Shown in pieces: positions 47,771-57,307 of a DNA stretch of 64,000 nt. The notes under the pieces were generated by a model that had not been told where the DNA came from, made no database searches, and worked only from the letters and a program-made list of their open reading frames with translations. Positions within the stretch are counted from its first letter, which is position 1, and each line of letters opens with the position of its first letter. The position numbers were made by a program, and so were the translations under genes. This DNA comes from Candidatus Altiarchaeales archaeon (GTDB lineage: Archaea; Altiarchaeota; Altiarchaeia; IMC4; SCGC-AAA252-I15): the NCBI GenBank assembly GCA_014727915.1, contig WJMO01000005.1:352001-416000 (forward strand), written 5' to 3'.

Positions 47771-48376
47771 ATGAAGGCAGTGGCCCTATTCTCCTCTGGC
47801 ATAGACTCGCCGGTCGCCGCGTACCTTATGGCGAAGAAGGGCGTTGAGGTTATCGCGTTGCACATGGACAGCCGACCCCACACCGACGACGCCGGAGTCG
47901 AGAAAGCCCGCGGACTTGCCGAGAAAGTGGGGGCTAAGCTGAGGGTCTTCAACAACTCACGGTTCCACCAGGAGGTCCGGGACAACTGCAACCCTAAACT
48001 CCACTGCATACTCTGCAAGAGGCACATGTACCGAGTCGCGGAGAGGATCGCCGAACGCGAAGGCGCCGACTTCATAGTCACAGGGGAGAGCATCGGCCAG
48101 GTGGCCTCCCAGACGGTGGAGAACCTGGAAGTGCTCGACAACGCAGTCAAGATGCCGGTCATAAGGCCCCTGATAGGGTTCGACAAGGAGGAGACCATAC
48201 GCATAGCCCGTGACATCGGAACCTATAGCATATCCTCGCGGAAGTCCGCCGGCTGCCCGTTCGTCCCAAAGGCCCCTGCGACGAAATCCAGGATCGAGGA
48301 CGTACTTAAAGAAGAAAGCAAAATAGACTTGGACGCGTTGGTTGAGCAGGGCGCATCCAATGCGGAGGTAACTTGA
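47771..48376 (+). CDS. thiI: ThiI-like PP-loop sulfurtransferase lacking THUMP
   Basis: SSGIDSPVA, CILCKR, TGESIGQVASQT, RPLIG, GCP; only 201 aa. Confidence 0.82.
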   Translation: MKAVALFSSGIDSPVAAYLMAKKGVEVIALHMDSRPHTDDAGVEKARGLAEKVGAKLRVFNNSRFHQEVRDNCNPKLHCILCKRHMYRVAERIAEREGADFIVTGESIGQVASQTVENLEVLDNAVKMPVIRPLIGFDKEETIRIARDIGTYSISSRKSAGCPFVPKAPATKSRIEDVLKEESKIDLDALVEQGASNAEVT

Positions 48377-48377
48377 A

Positions 48378-49169
48378 ATGGACGCATACGGGATACTCGA
48401 GAAGGTAAGGGAAGAGAAGCCGCTGGTACATCACCTGACGAACTGGGTCACGATCTACGACTGCGCCAACATAACCAGGGCTTTCGGCGCGCTGCCGGTG
48501 ATGGCCCACGCAGCCGAGGAAGTCGAGGAGATGGTCGGGATCGCAGGAGCCCTCGTGCTAAACATAGGGACTCTAACGCCTGAACTCGTCGACTCCATGA
48601 TAAAGGCTGGGAAGGCAGCCAACAGGAAAGGGATACCCGTAGTATTGGACGCAGTCGGCGTCGGAGCAACCAGGCTGAGGACCGACAGCGCACTGAAGAT
48701 ACTCGAAGAAGTCAAGGTAACGGTGTTGAAGGGGAACTACGGGGAGGTTGGTGTTCTCGCAGGCGCGGAAGCCGAAGTCAAGGGCGTGGAGTCAATGGGA
48801 GTGGAAGGAGACCCCGTTGAGCTGGCCAGGGGCCTCGCAGGCCAGTTGGGCCTCACAGTGGCGATGACCGGGAAGCAGGACATAATATCCGACGGGACTA
48901 CCACCTACCTGGTGGATAATGGGACGGAGATGATGGGGTCCATAGTCGGAACCGGGTGCATGGCAGCATCCGTCATAGGCGCGTTCACAGCGGTTGAGAA
49001 AGACGCGCCAAAAGCCGCTGCCGCAGCCCTCTCATGCTATGGGATAGCCGGAGAACTCGCTTCAAAGGATTCCAGAGGGCCGGGAACCTACAAGGAACGG
49101 TTCTACGACGAGGTATACGGCCTTAAAAGGGAGGAAGCCGAATCCAAAACCCGGCTAACACCAATTTAA
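48378..49169 (+). CDS. thiM: Hydroxyethylthiazole kinase
   Basis: PLVHHLTNWV, GALPVM, NIGT, LKGN, GTGC. Confidence 0.95.
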   Translation: MDAYGILEKVREEKPLVHHLTNWVTIYDCANITRAFGALPVMAHAAEEVEEMVGIAGALVLNIGTLTPELVDSMIKAGKAANRKGIPVVLDAVGVGATRLRTDSALKILEEVKVTVLKGNYGEVGVLAGAEAEVKGVESMGVEGDPVELARGLAGQLGLTVAMTGKQDIISDGTTTYLVDNGTEMMGSIVGTGCMAASVIGAFTAVEKDAPKAAAAALSCYGIAGELASKDSRGPGTYKERFYDEVYGLKREEAESKTRLTPI

Positions 49170-49244
49170 CACTGTTTTAACCCGGCTTTCACCCCAATCT
49201 CATAGTTAGGGACAGCATAGTATTTAGTGTGGAGGTGGGGTGAA

Positions 49245-49409
49245 ATGGCTGCCCAAGCGATGTTAATATACGTGGCATACGGAGCCACAGTGTATCTACT
49301 AGCCTACCTGCTTTACCTCGCATCCAGGGTTGCCACTCTGAACGGAGGTAAGACCTGCTTCAAACCCTACGACAGGGATAGCCTCATCTTGAAAAGAAAG
49401 CAATTTTGA
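49245..49409 (+). CDS. Small single-TM protein (54 aa)
   Basis: GGAGGTG/GGTGA RBS, ATG, hydrophobic N-terminal half. Confidence 0.5.
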   Translation: MAAQAMLIYVAYGATVYLLAYLLYLASRVATLNGGKTCFKPYDRDSLILKRKQF

Positions 49410-49429
49410 GCGACCACCCACACGAAGCC

Positions 49430-49482
49430 ATACACAGGTGGGATGAACCCACCTCGGAGAGGGGCCGCCCACTCCCCTCTCC
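49430..49482. terminator. Two adjacent hairpins between convergent small ORFs
   Basis: AGGTGGG-N5-CCCACCT and GGAGAGGGG-N9-CCCCTCTCC; coordinates approximate. Confidence 0.5.
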
Positions 49483-49493
49483 CAAACCATGGC

Positions 49494-49637
49494 TCAGTCT
49501 CCCTTGTAGGTCCTGACGCAGAATGTCTTCCCTGACCGGTCGCTTTCGATGCAATGCCCGAAGTCGCCCAAGGAGGAGTTAATGCCCTCCAAGGCGGTGG
49601 CGATCCGCTCAAGGTATCCTTTAAGCTCCTCATCCAC
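49494..49637 (-). CDS. Small protein (47 aa; not in ORF track)
   Basis: GTG start after GGAGGTG; MDEELKGYLERIATALEGINSSLGDFGHCIESDRSGKTFCVRTYKGD. Confidence 0.6.
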   Translation of the reverse strand: MDEELKGYLERIATALEGINSSLGDFGHCIESDRSGKTFCVRTYKGD

Positions 49638-49685
49638 CCTATACACCTCCAAAATAATTTATTAGATGCCTCTATATTCTACACT

Positions 49686-50294
49686 ATGAGAGGGTTCTAT
49701 TATATAACCGACCGGAAGCTCTCGTCCAAGCCGGATGTGGACGGGGTCAGAGAAGCGGTGGAAGGCGGCGCAGCCGTCGTTCAATACCGGGAGAAGGAAC
49801 TGGACCCTGTAGAAAAGTCGGAAATCGCAGCGGAGATGAAGAGGATATGCGAAGGGCGGGCGGTGTTCCTCATCAACGACAATGTGGACATCGCATTGGA
49901 GGTGGACGCCGACGGGGTGCACCTGGGCCAGGAGGACACACCACTCGCAGAGGCAAGGCGGCTGCTTGGCCCCGACAGGATAATCGGAGTCACAGTGCAT
50001 AACGTGGAAGAGGCGTTGGCTGCTGAGGCCGGATGCGCGGACTACGTGGCCGCCAGTCCCATATACGCGACATCCACGAAGGAGGATGCGGGAGAGCCGG
50101 CGGGGTTGGAGCTGATAGTGGATGTTAAAGCGGCTGTGAAGATACCAGTGGCCGCCATAGGCGGCATAGACGAGTCGAACATCGATGATGTTGTGTCCGC
50201 GAGGGCTGACATGGCCTGCGCCATCTCCGCCACGGTCACCAAAGAAGATATAAGGGCTGCCGTCGAATATTTCGCAAGGAAATGGACGAAGTAA
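49686..50294 (+). CDS. thiE: Thiamine-phosphate synthase
   Basis: YYITD, VQYREK, INDN, GVHLGQED, TSTK, AIGGI; start MRGFY. Confidence 0.95.
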   Translation: MRGFYYITDRKLSSKPDVDGVREAVEGGAAVVQYREKELDPVEKSEIAAEMKRICEGRAVFLINDNVDIALEVDADGVHLGQEDTPLAEARRLLGPDRIIGVTVHNVEEALAAEAGCADYVAASPIYATSTKEDAGEPAGLELIVDVKAAVKIPVAAIGGIDESNIDDVVSARADMACAISATVTKEDIRAAVEYFARKWTK

Positions 50295-51805
50295 TCGTGC
50301 TGGACTTCGGAGGCCAGTACTGCCACCTTATTTCCAGGAGGATAAGGGAGCTTGGAGTATACTGTGAGGTCCTTCCATCGGACACATCCGCAGGGGAGTT
50401 GAGGAATAGGGACGGGTTGAAGGGTGTGATACTCTCCGGTGGCGCGGCCTCAGTATACGATGATGAATCGCCCCAGTGCTCTGAGGGCCTCTTCGAGCTG
50501 GAGCTTCCCATGCTGGGGATATGCTACGGCCACCAGCTAATAGCGCACCACACGGGGGGCAAGGTGAAATCCGGCGACGCCGGCGAATACGGCCTGACAG
50601 AACTCACCATAAAAGACTCCGGCAAACTGCTGGAGGGGTTGAAGAAGAAGACGCGGGTGTGGATGAACCACAAGGACATAGTCGAGAAGCTGCCGGAAGG
50701 GTATTCGGTGCTTGCTTCAACGGACCACAGCCCAGTAGCTGCATACGCCAACGATAAAAGGAAAATATACGGTGTGCAATTCCACCCTGAAGTCACCCAC
50801 ACGGAAGACGGGATGAAAGTGTTGGAGAACTTCATAGCCCTCTGCGGCGCCTCAAGGGACTGGAGCATGGCAGACTTCATAGATAAATCCGTAGTAGAGG
50901 CGAAGGAGGTCATAGGGGATCGGAAGGCCATAATCGGTTTGTCCGGGGGTGTGGACTCCTCAACAGCCGCAGTGCTCGTGTCCAAGGCGTTGGGCGACCG
51001 GCTCACCGCAGTATACGTGGACACCGGACTCATGAGATACAGGGAGACGGAGTTCATGGACGAGACGTTCAGCGGGAAGGAGATGAACTTCATCATAGTC
51101 GACGCCGCCGACAGGTTCTTCAAGGCGTTGGAGGGCGTCACCGACCCGGAGCTGAAGAGGAAGGTCATCGGCGGCACGTTCATAGAGGTGTTCGAGGAGG
51201 AGGCCGAGAAGGTCGGAGCGGAAGTCCTCATCCAGGGCACAATATACAGCGACAGGATAGAGTCCGGGGTGACAAAGCACTCCGACAACATCAAAAGCCA
51301 CCATAACGTTGGCGGCCTCCCCGAGGAGATGAAGCTTGACGTCTACGAGCCGTTGAGAGACCTGTACAAGGACGAGGTCAGGGAGATAGCCCGGCAGCTG
51401 AAGCTTCCGGAGGAGATAATAACACGCCACGTCTTCCCAGGCCCCGGCCTGGGCATACGGGTGCTCGGGGAAGTCACGCCCGAGAAGGCTGACATATGCC
51501 GGCGGGCAGGATACATAGTGGAGGAGGAGCTGAAGAGGGCGGGAGTCTACGAAGAGTACTGGATGGGCTTCGCTGTTCTACTGCCCGTGAAGAGCGTGGG
51601 CATACAGGGGGACAGCAGGAGCTACAAGTACCCGGTGGTGGTGCGGGTGATAGAGTCCAAGGACGCCATGACAGCCAACTTCAGCAAAGTCCCATATGAG
51701 CTGTTGGAGGCTATCTCCACGAGGATAACCAACGAGATAGCCGAAGTGAACAGGGTCGTCTACGACATAACCAACAAGCCTCCCGCCACCATGGAATGGG
51801 AGTGA
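50282..51805 (+). CDS. guaA: GMP synthase (fused GATase and ATP-PPase)
   Basis: LDFGGQY, GICYGHQ, QFHPEV, SGGVDS, IKSHHNVGG, KPPATMEWE. Confidence 0.97.
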   Translation: MDEVIVLDFGGQYCHLISRRIRELGVYCEVLPSDTSAGELRNRDGLKGVILSGGAASVYDDESPQCSEGLFELELPMLGICYGHQLIAHHTGGKVKSGDAGEYGLTELTIKDSGKLLEGLKKKTRVWMNHKDIVEKLPEGYSVLASTDHSPVAAYANDKRKIYGVQFHPEVTHTEDGMKVLENFIALCGASRDWSMADFIDKSVVEAKEVIGDRKAIIGLSGGVDSSTAAVLVSKALGDRLTAVYVDTGLMRYRETEFMDETFSGKEMNFIIVDAADRFFKALEGVTDPELKRKVIGGTFIEVFEEEAEKVGAEVLIQGTIYSDRIESGVTKHSDNIKSHHNVGGLPEEMKLDVYEPLRDLYKDEVREIARQLKLPEEIITRHVFPGPGLGIRVLGEVTPEKADICRRAGYIVEEELKRAGVYEEYWMGFAVLLPVKSVGIQGDSRSYKYPVVVRVIESKDAMTANFSKVPYELLEAISTRITNEIAEVNRVVYDITNKPPATMEWE

Positions 51806-51807
51806 AC

Positions 51808-52749
51808 ATGGACATCAGTGAATTGGGCGGCGAGTTCGCCCTCATTGAGAGGCTCACACGGGCGGGCGGTGCCGTGGTAGGTGTCGGCGACGACGCCGCA
51901 GTCCTGGAATACACTGGAGACAAATACCTTCTTGTGACTACTGACATGCTATGCGACGGCGACCATTTCCGCCGGGATTGGAGCGCACCCGAGGACATAG
52001 GCGTGAAGGCGATGGAGTCCAACGTCTCCGACATCGCCGCCATGGGCGGCCTGCCAACATATGCGCTCGTCTCCATATCCTTGACGGACGATGTTACAGT
52101 GGAGTTCATGGACGGATTCTACAAGGGACTCTACAGCGTCGCAGACGAGTACGGGTTCAGCGTCGTCGGGGGTGACACCACCCACTCGAATACGATGGCA
52201 GTGTCCATAGCATTGTTGGGCGAGGTTGAGAAGGACATGATGTCCCTCCGCTCGGATGCCATGGTAGGCGACCTAATATGCGTCACCGGAGACCTGGGCA
52301 AGAGCAAGGCAGGCCTTGAGCTCATGCTCGTGGGCTTGGGAGGGGATACCTCCGCCCACACGAGGCCCAGGTGCAGGCTCCGGGAGGCGAGGGAGATAAC
52401 AAGGCACTGTAACGCGATGATAGACGTCAGCGACGGACTGGCAAGCGAAGTCAACCACATATGCAGGATGAGCGGCGTCGGAGCAGTGGTGCACAGGGAC
52501 AGGATACCCGTGTCAGAGCCGACAAGGGAATCTGCTATGAAATTGGATGCAGACCCCATAGGATATGCGTTGAACGGTGGGGAAGACTACGAGCTCGTGT
52601 TCACTATCGCAGAGGGCGACCTGCCGAAGATTAAGGTCGGGTGCCCGATCACGGTCGTGGGCGAGATAGTGGAAAAGTCAGAGGGTACGATATTGGACGA
52701 TAGTGGCGTGTTGAAACCCCTCGAGGGCGGGTACAACCACTTCCAGTGA
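51808..52749 (+). CDS. thiL: Thiamine-monophosphate kinase
   Basis: GEFALI, GDDAAV, NVSDIAAMGG, GGDT, IDVSDGL, GGEDYEL, GYNHF. Confidence 0.95.
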   Translation: MDISELGGEFALIERLTRAGGAVVGVGDDAAVLEYTGDKYLLVTTDMLCDGDHFRRDWSAPEDIGVKAMESNVSDIAAMGGLPTYALVSISLTDDVTVEFMDGFYKGLYSVADEYGFSVVGGDTTHSNTMAVSIALLGEVEKDMMSLRSDAMVGDLICVTGDLGKSKAGLELMLVGLGGDTSAHTRPRCRLREAREITRHCNAMIDVSDGLASEVNHICRMSGVGAVVHRDRIPVSEPTRESAMKLDADPIGYALNGGEDYELVFTIAEGDLPKIKVGCPITVVGEIVEKSEGTILDDSGVLKPLEGGYNHFQ

Positions 52750-52782
52750 CTAATAAACCTCTGGGGCTAATATCTTCATGCG

Positions 52783-53508
52783 ATGTCAGTCAACGTTAAC
52801 GCGCCAAAGGACCTTCCGAAGGGCGCGATGGTGATCGAAGCCTTCCCCAGCAGGGGCTATGTCAGCACCCTGGCAGCAAACCAGCTTATAAAGAAGCTGG
52901 AGATGGATATGGTGGGGCACATAGAATGCGATAAGCTAGATGCCATAGCAGTCGTCCACGACGGTCAGCCACTCCACCCCATACGGATATACCACAAGGA
53001 CAACCTCATAGTCATATTCTCCGAGCTCATGATACCCTTCAACCTGGTTCACGAGTTCACCGCGGCCATAGGCGACTGGTTCAAGGAACTGCAGCCAGAG
53101 TCCGCGATACTCCTGGCGAGCGTGCCAGGGGTGTCGACTGAGAAGGAGCATGAGATAATGAACGTGTCCACAGACGAGGGCATGAAGAAGAAGCTCAAGA
53201 AGATGAAGGTGAAGGGCATGGACGAGGGCGTCCTCACGGGGATGTCCAGCAGCCTGATGATAAAATGCTGCGCCCATGACATCCCCGCCACCTCACTGAT
53301 GGTAGAGACCTCATACATACCAGACGTGCTGGCTGCAGCCTCCCTGCTGGAGATAATAGGGGGCCTTCTGGACATGGAGATAGACGTCGATGAGCTGATG
53401 GAGGCTGGCCATGAGATAGAGAAGAAGTTCAAGGAGACGCTTAAGCAGATCCACCAGGGCCAGGAGAACTACCATGAGATACATCAGCTGCAGAGCATGT
53501 ACCGTTGA
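52783..53508 (+). CDS. PAC2-family proteasome assembly chaperone
   Basis: FPSRGYVS.LA, P.RIY, PD..AA motifs; C-terminal MYR resembles an HbYX tail. Confidence 0.85.
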   Translation: MSVNVNAPKDLPKGAMVIEAFPSRGYVSTLAANQLIKKLEMDMVGHIECDKLDAIAVVHDGQPLHPIRIYHKDNLIVIFSELMIPFNLVHEFTAAIGDWFKELQPESAILLASVPGVSTEKEHEIMNVSTDEGMKKKLKKMKVKGMDEGVLTGMSSSLMIKCCAHDIPATSLMVETSYIPDVLAAASLLEIIGGLLDMEIDVDELMEAGHEIEKKFKETLKQIHQGQENYHEIHQLQSMYR

Positions 53509-53510
53509 AG

Positions 53511-54056
53511 ATGAGCGTGCAGGAACTGCTGGAAGAGACCCTTTCCGAGAGCTTTGAACTATATCGCAGGAACTTCATAGCATTGGTACTTGCCACGTTG
53601 GCAGCTTCTGTCCTCTCAATATTCATAGTGACAGTAGCGCCCCTGTTCTTCGGCTTGTATGTGATGGCCGTCAAGGCGTTGAAGGGGCGCAAGCCTCTGA
53701 CAGGGGATGTCTTCAAAGGCTTCGACTACTTCATACTCAGCTGGGTTCTGTTCATCATAGTCGGTGCAATGTCATTGGCGGGGCTCATATTCCTGATAGT
53801 GCCCGGGATCGCGGTCATGGTGCTTTTCCAGTATGCCGTCCCCATCGCGCTGCTGGAGAAGAAGGGCGCGGTAGACAGCCTGAAGCGCAGCTACAAGATG
53901 GCGGTGGGTAACCTCGGGTTCTCGGCGTTGCTATGGCTCATCCTCATGGTATTGAACGTTGCCGGGGGCTCGATAACCTTCGGGATCCTCCTGACCCAAC
54001 CCTATTCCGTGGTGGCGCTCTGCCTGGCAGCCAAGAAACTATTGAAGAAAAAATAG
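53511..54056 (+). CDS. Membrane protein of unknown function
   Basis: Polytopic; LIVPGI and DSLKRS pattern. Confidence 0.75.
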   Translation: MSVQELLEETLSESFELYRRNFIALVLATLAASVLSIFIVTVAPLFFGLYVMAVKALKGRKPLTGDVFKGFDYFILSWVLFIIVGAMSLAGLIFLIVPGIAVMVLFQYAVPIALLEKKGAVDSLKRSYKMAVGNLGFSALLWLILMVLNVAGGSITFGILLTQPYSVVALCLAAKKLLKKK

Positions 54057-54098
54057 GAACAGTTTAAAGAAAAGTTAAAATAATTGAAAAAAGGGGGT

Positions 54099-56081
54099 TT
54101 AGCCCCCTTTCTTGTTGTGCTTTACAAGGCTTTTCACGCACATCATGCCTGCCATGAGGGATATGACGTACAGCACGTACTTGAGCCATGCTGCCACCAC
54201 GAGCACGCTTATCTCCAGTGGCTCGTCCTTGTGGACCAGGTGGGAGGTGACGGATATGGTCTTGCCCATGTATGGGAGCTCCAATCTCACGGGCAGCACG
54301 CCCTCCCTGACGGGCACGTTCAAGGCTCCCTCGCCCGCTCCTAGGACGCTCATGGACTTCTGCATCACCATGGGAGCCTCGGCTTCATCGACCATCGCAT
54401 AGTCTGCGTCGTAGACTACCGCCCTGCTCTCATAGCCTGCTGAACTGCCTCCCATGCTGAATATGCCCATGGACAGCACCCCGAAGAACGCCACCACGAA
54501 AAGGCAGATTACGACCAACACCGCCGCTCCTGCGAGCATCCACTTCACGGACTGCTGGGACACGTATCTCCTTATGACCCACACCATCGAGGCTATTATC
54601 GACAGTATGAGCAGCACCCAGCTGAAGTAGAAGAGCCCCACGCTGAATACCAGGTATAGGAGCGCGTATTTGAAGCTGGACTTCATCATATAACCCAGCC
54701 CGAAGAACACTATCGTGAATATCAGCACCGACTCCAGCGATGGCAGCTCGCTGCCTCCCTTGGCGCCGTAGGTCCACAATACGATGTAGTCCTTTGGCAG
54801 GAGTATCTGCGTCGTGGCCTCGGTGATTGTGAGGTCCGTGTTGGCGACGGGCACGTCGATCATGTCTATGAACTTCAGCGGCTCCCTGGACTCGAAGTAT
54901 ATCATGTCCAACGTCCCATGCTCTGTCTTCGGGAACGAGAGGAATAGCTTGTCATCGTCTTTTGTGAGCTTCACCGAGCTCCTGTAGCCAGTGGCCGCAT
55001 ACAATGGCGTGCCGGGGGCTTCGATGCCTATGTAGTCCATGCCCGTGTTGCTGTACTTGTAGGTAAGCTCGGCCAGCATGCTCCCCTTCTCGGTGATGGC
55101 TATCCTGTTGACGGCCCTGCTCACCGAAGCCGCAAGGGACGGGAACATCTCAAGCTTGTCCACGGTTATGCTGAACGCGTCCTTGGGCGACGCCAGGAAA
55201 GCCCTCGCATTGCTGTAGGATGGGCTTATCGAGGATTGGCTGAGGTCTATCTCCTCCGCCCCGGTGGATATTGTTATCTTCTTCTGGGGGTCTGACTCTA
55301 TGAGCACATGGTGCCGTCCCTCATCCAATGGTATCCTCAGGTTCCTGCTGTCGAACGTCCCTGATATGGCCACGTTCGCGGTTTCACCCTCCAATTCCAT
55401 GGTTAGGACGCTGCCCGAGATGCTGTAGTCCGTCGCGCCGACGACTGAGACGATGCTCTCCCCGTTGCGTAGTGTGAGGGTCGCCTGACCGAGCGAGCTT
55501 CCGAAGGACCGGTAGTCCAGGCGGTAGCTGAACTGGTCCCTCTCCGCGTATGAGTATTTGAAGCTGCCGTCCACGAGCATTGCGACCTTGTCGCTCCTCT
55601 GCACTATGACCTCACGCTCCTTGAGGCCGTACTGGTCTCCTTTGATGGCGTATCCGTTCTCTATGTCGAATGTCATCTCGTTCACTGGGCCCGGGACATA
55701 GAGTCTGACCTGGCCCCGGGTCCTGATGGTCAGGTCGCCCCTGAACGTGAACTCGCCCTCCTCCAATATCATGTAGTAGCCTTCCTTGTCGAATGAAACG
55801 GTAACGGGACGTCCGTTGACCCTCATGTTGTCGACGAGAACGTCCTCCGGCCTACCGAGGATGTAGACTTTCACATCCTCCCCGGCTATGACCTCCCCCG
55901 TTCCCTCAAGGGTGAGCATGTTCTCGTTGAGGTCTCCCGAGACCGTCATGTCCTCGAGCGCGTAGAAGCTGGGTTTCGTCTCGTTTACGATCACTATCTC
56001 AGCCGAGCTGTTCTCGGCCAACAATACCCCCAATACTATGAACAAAACCGGCACTAACAATATGAGATTCCTGTTTTTCAT
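54099..56081 (-). CDS. Large secreted/membrane protein of unknown function
   Basis: Signal peptide, beta-rich extracellular region, TM bundle, C-terminal GVLPVRLELP motif and TM helix. Confidence 0.75.
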   Translation of the reverse strand: MKNRNLILLVPVLFIVLGVLLAENSSAEIVIVNETKPSFYALEDMTVSGDLNENMLTLEGTGEVIAGEDVKVYILGRPEDVLVDNMRVNGRPVTVSFDKEGYYMILEEGEFTFRGDLTIRTRGQVRLYVPGPVNEMTFDIENGYAIKGDQYGLKEREVIVQRSDKVAMLVDGSFKYSYAERDQFSYRLDYRSFGSSLGQATLTLRNGESIVSVVGATDYSISGSVLTMELEGETANVAISGTFDSRNLRIPLDEGRHHVLIESDPQKKITISTGAEEIDLSQSSISPSYSNARAFLASPKDAFSITVDKLEMFPSLAASVSRAVNRIAITEKGSMLAELTYKYSNTGMDYIGIEAPGTPLYAATGYRSSVKLTKDDDKLFLSFPKTEHGTLDMIYFESREPLKFIDMIDVPVANTDLTITEATTQILLPKDYIVLWTYGAKGGSELPSLESVLIFTIVFFGLGYMMKSSFKYALLYLVFSVGLFYFSWVLLILSIIASMVWVIRRYVSQQSVKWMLAGAAVLVVICLFVVAFFGVLSMGIFSMGGSSAGYESRAVVYDADYAMVDEAEAPMVMQKSMSVLGAGEGALNVPVREGVLPVRLELPYMGKTISVTSHLVHKDEPLEISVLVVAAWLKYVLYVISLMAGMMCVKSLVKHNKKGG

Positions 56082-56190
56082 GCTTAACTATGGCTAAGGC
56101 TAGTATATAAAATTCAACGTTTATTTTCGGCATCGCCCGAAACTCTGAGGTTTATATTCGCAGGGATTAAATCGTTTATATGGTGGGCCT

Positions 56191-56682
56191 ATGAACCTGT
56201 ATCGTATGCTCCGAAACCTCAGGAAGAGCCCTGATAACGTTGAGAGGGACAGGCTGATGGCGCGCTTGAACGGCAGGCGATACTTCACAGAGGACGAGCT
56301 TAACGAGATATTCTCATACAGGAGACTGGGATACCACCACAACGCCAACGCGGTCGAGATAACCACCAAGGCCTTCGAACCGGATTCCTCCCTGGGGGAT
56401 GGGATACGGGTCTTGAAGCGTTTGAACGGTGTGGACATGGCATCCGCATCCCTGATACTCTCGTTCCAGAATCCATTCTCCTACGCCGAGCTGGACAGCC
56501 GCGCATGGAACAAGCTCAGGAAATACCACGGCTTCAAGGGCGTGGAAAAGGACTTTAAATCCGATTTCTCCACTGTAGAATACGGGAAGTACCTGGAGGC
56601 CCTCAAGCTGATCGCTGAAGACTATGGGATGCGGGTGGCTGACGTCCAGTTCGTCCTGGCGTCGAACGTTAATGATGACTAA
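56191..56682 (+). CDS. Helix-hairpin-helix (DNA glycosylase-like) protein
   Basis: LKRLNGVDMASASLIL..P..Y..LDSRAW resembles an HhH motif plus conserved Asp. Confidence 0.55.
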   Translation: MNLYRMLRNLRKSPDNVERDRLMARLNGRRYFTEDELNEIFSYRRLGYHHNANAVEITTKAFEPDSSLGDGIRVLKRLNGVDMASASLILSFQNPFSYAELDSRAWNKLRKYHGFKGVEKDFKSDFSTVEYGKYLEALKLIAEDYGMRVADVQFVLASNVNDD

Positions 56683-57304
56683 TATCATAATGTTGGGCCC
56701 CCCGGGCTCTGGTAAGGGAACTCAGGCGGAGATGATATCCGAAAAGTACGGTTGGCCCCAGATATCCACCGGCAACATACTGAGACATGCGATCGAAGCC
56801 AAATCCAAGCTGGGATTGGAGGCCGAGTCCTACATGGGCCGGGGGGAGCTGGTCCCCGACGAGGTCGTTGACGGCATAGTCGCTGAGAGGCTCTCCCACG
56901 AGGACTGCAGGTCAGGGTTCATACTGGACGGTTTCCCCCGGGACCTCCACCAGGCTCATGCGTTGGAGGAGATAGCCTCCATAGACCATGTCTTCGACAT
57001 AAGAGTGCCGGACCAGGCCATCGTTGACAGGCTGTCCAAGCGGAGGGTCTGCGACTGCGGGGAAACATACCACCTGGAATACAACCCCCCCAGAGCCGAG
57101 GGTGTCTGCGACGAGTGCGGAAAGCCCCTCTACCAGCGGGACGATGACAATGAGGGGACCATAAGGAACCGTCTGAAAGTATACCATGAGAAGACAGAGC
57201 CCCTGATAGGATACTACCGGGAGAAGGGGTTGCTGGTTGAATTGGACGGCACCCGGGACATAGGGGAGGTCTTTGATGGTATGTGCTCCCGCCTGGACGG
57301 TTGA
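56672..57304 (+). CDS. adk: Adenylate kinase (bacterial-type, Zn-lid)
   Basis: GPPGSGKGTQ, GELVPD, FILDGFPR, CDCG..CDECG lid, QRDDD. Confidence 0.95.
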   Translation: MMTNIIMLGPPGSGKGTQAEMISEKYGWPQISTGNILRHAIEAKSKLGLEAESYMGRGELVPDEVVDGIVAERLSHEDCRSGFILDGFPRDLHQAHALEEIASIDHVFDIRVPDQAIVDRLSKRRVCDCGETYHLEYNPPRAEGVCDECGKPLYQRDDDNEGTIRNRLKVYHEKTEPLIGYYREKGLLVELDGTRDIGEVFDGMCSRLDG

Positions 57305-57307
57305 ACA

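Noticed and set aside
49405-49620. Structured RNA (RNase P, SRP or riboswitch) suggested by terminal complementarity TTGAGCG/CGCTCAA and several hairpins
   Set aside because: No RNase P P4 or SRP helix-8 consensus; most of the region is better explained by a 47-aa ORF with an RBS plus terminator-like hairpins.
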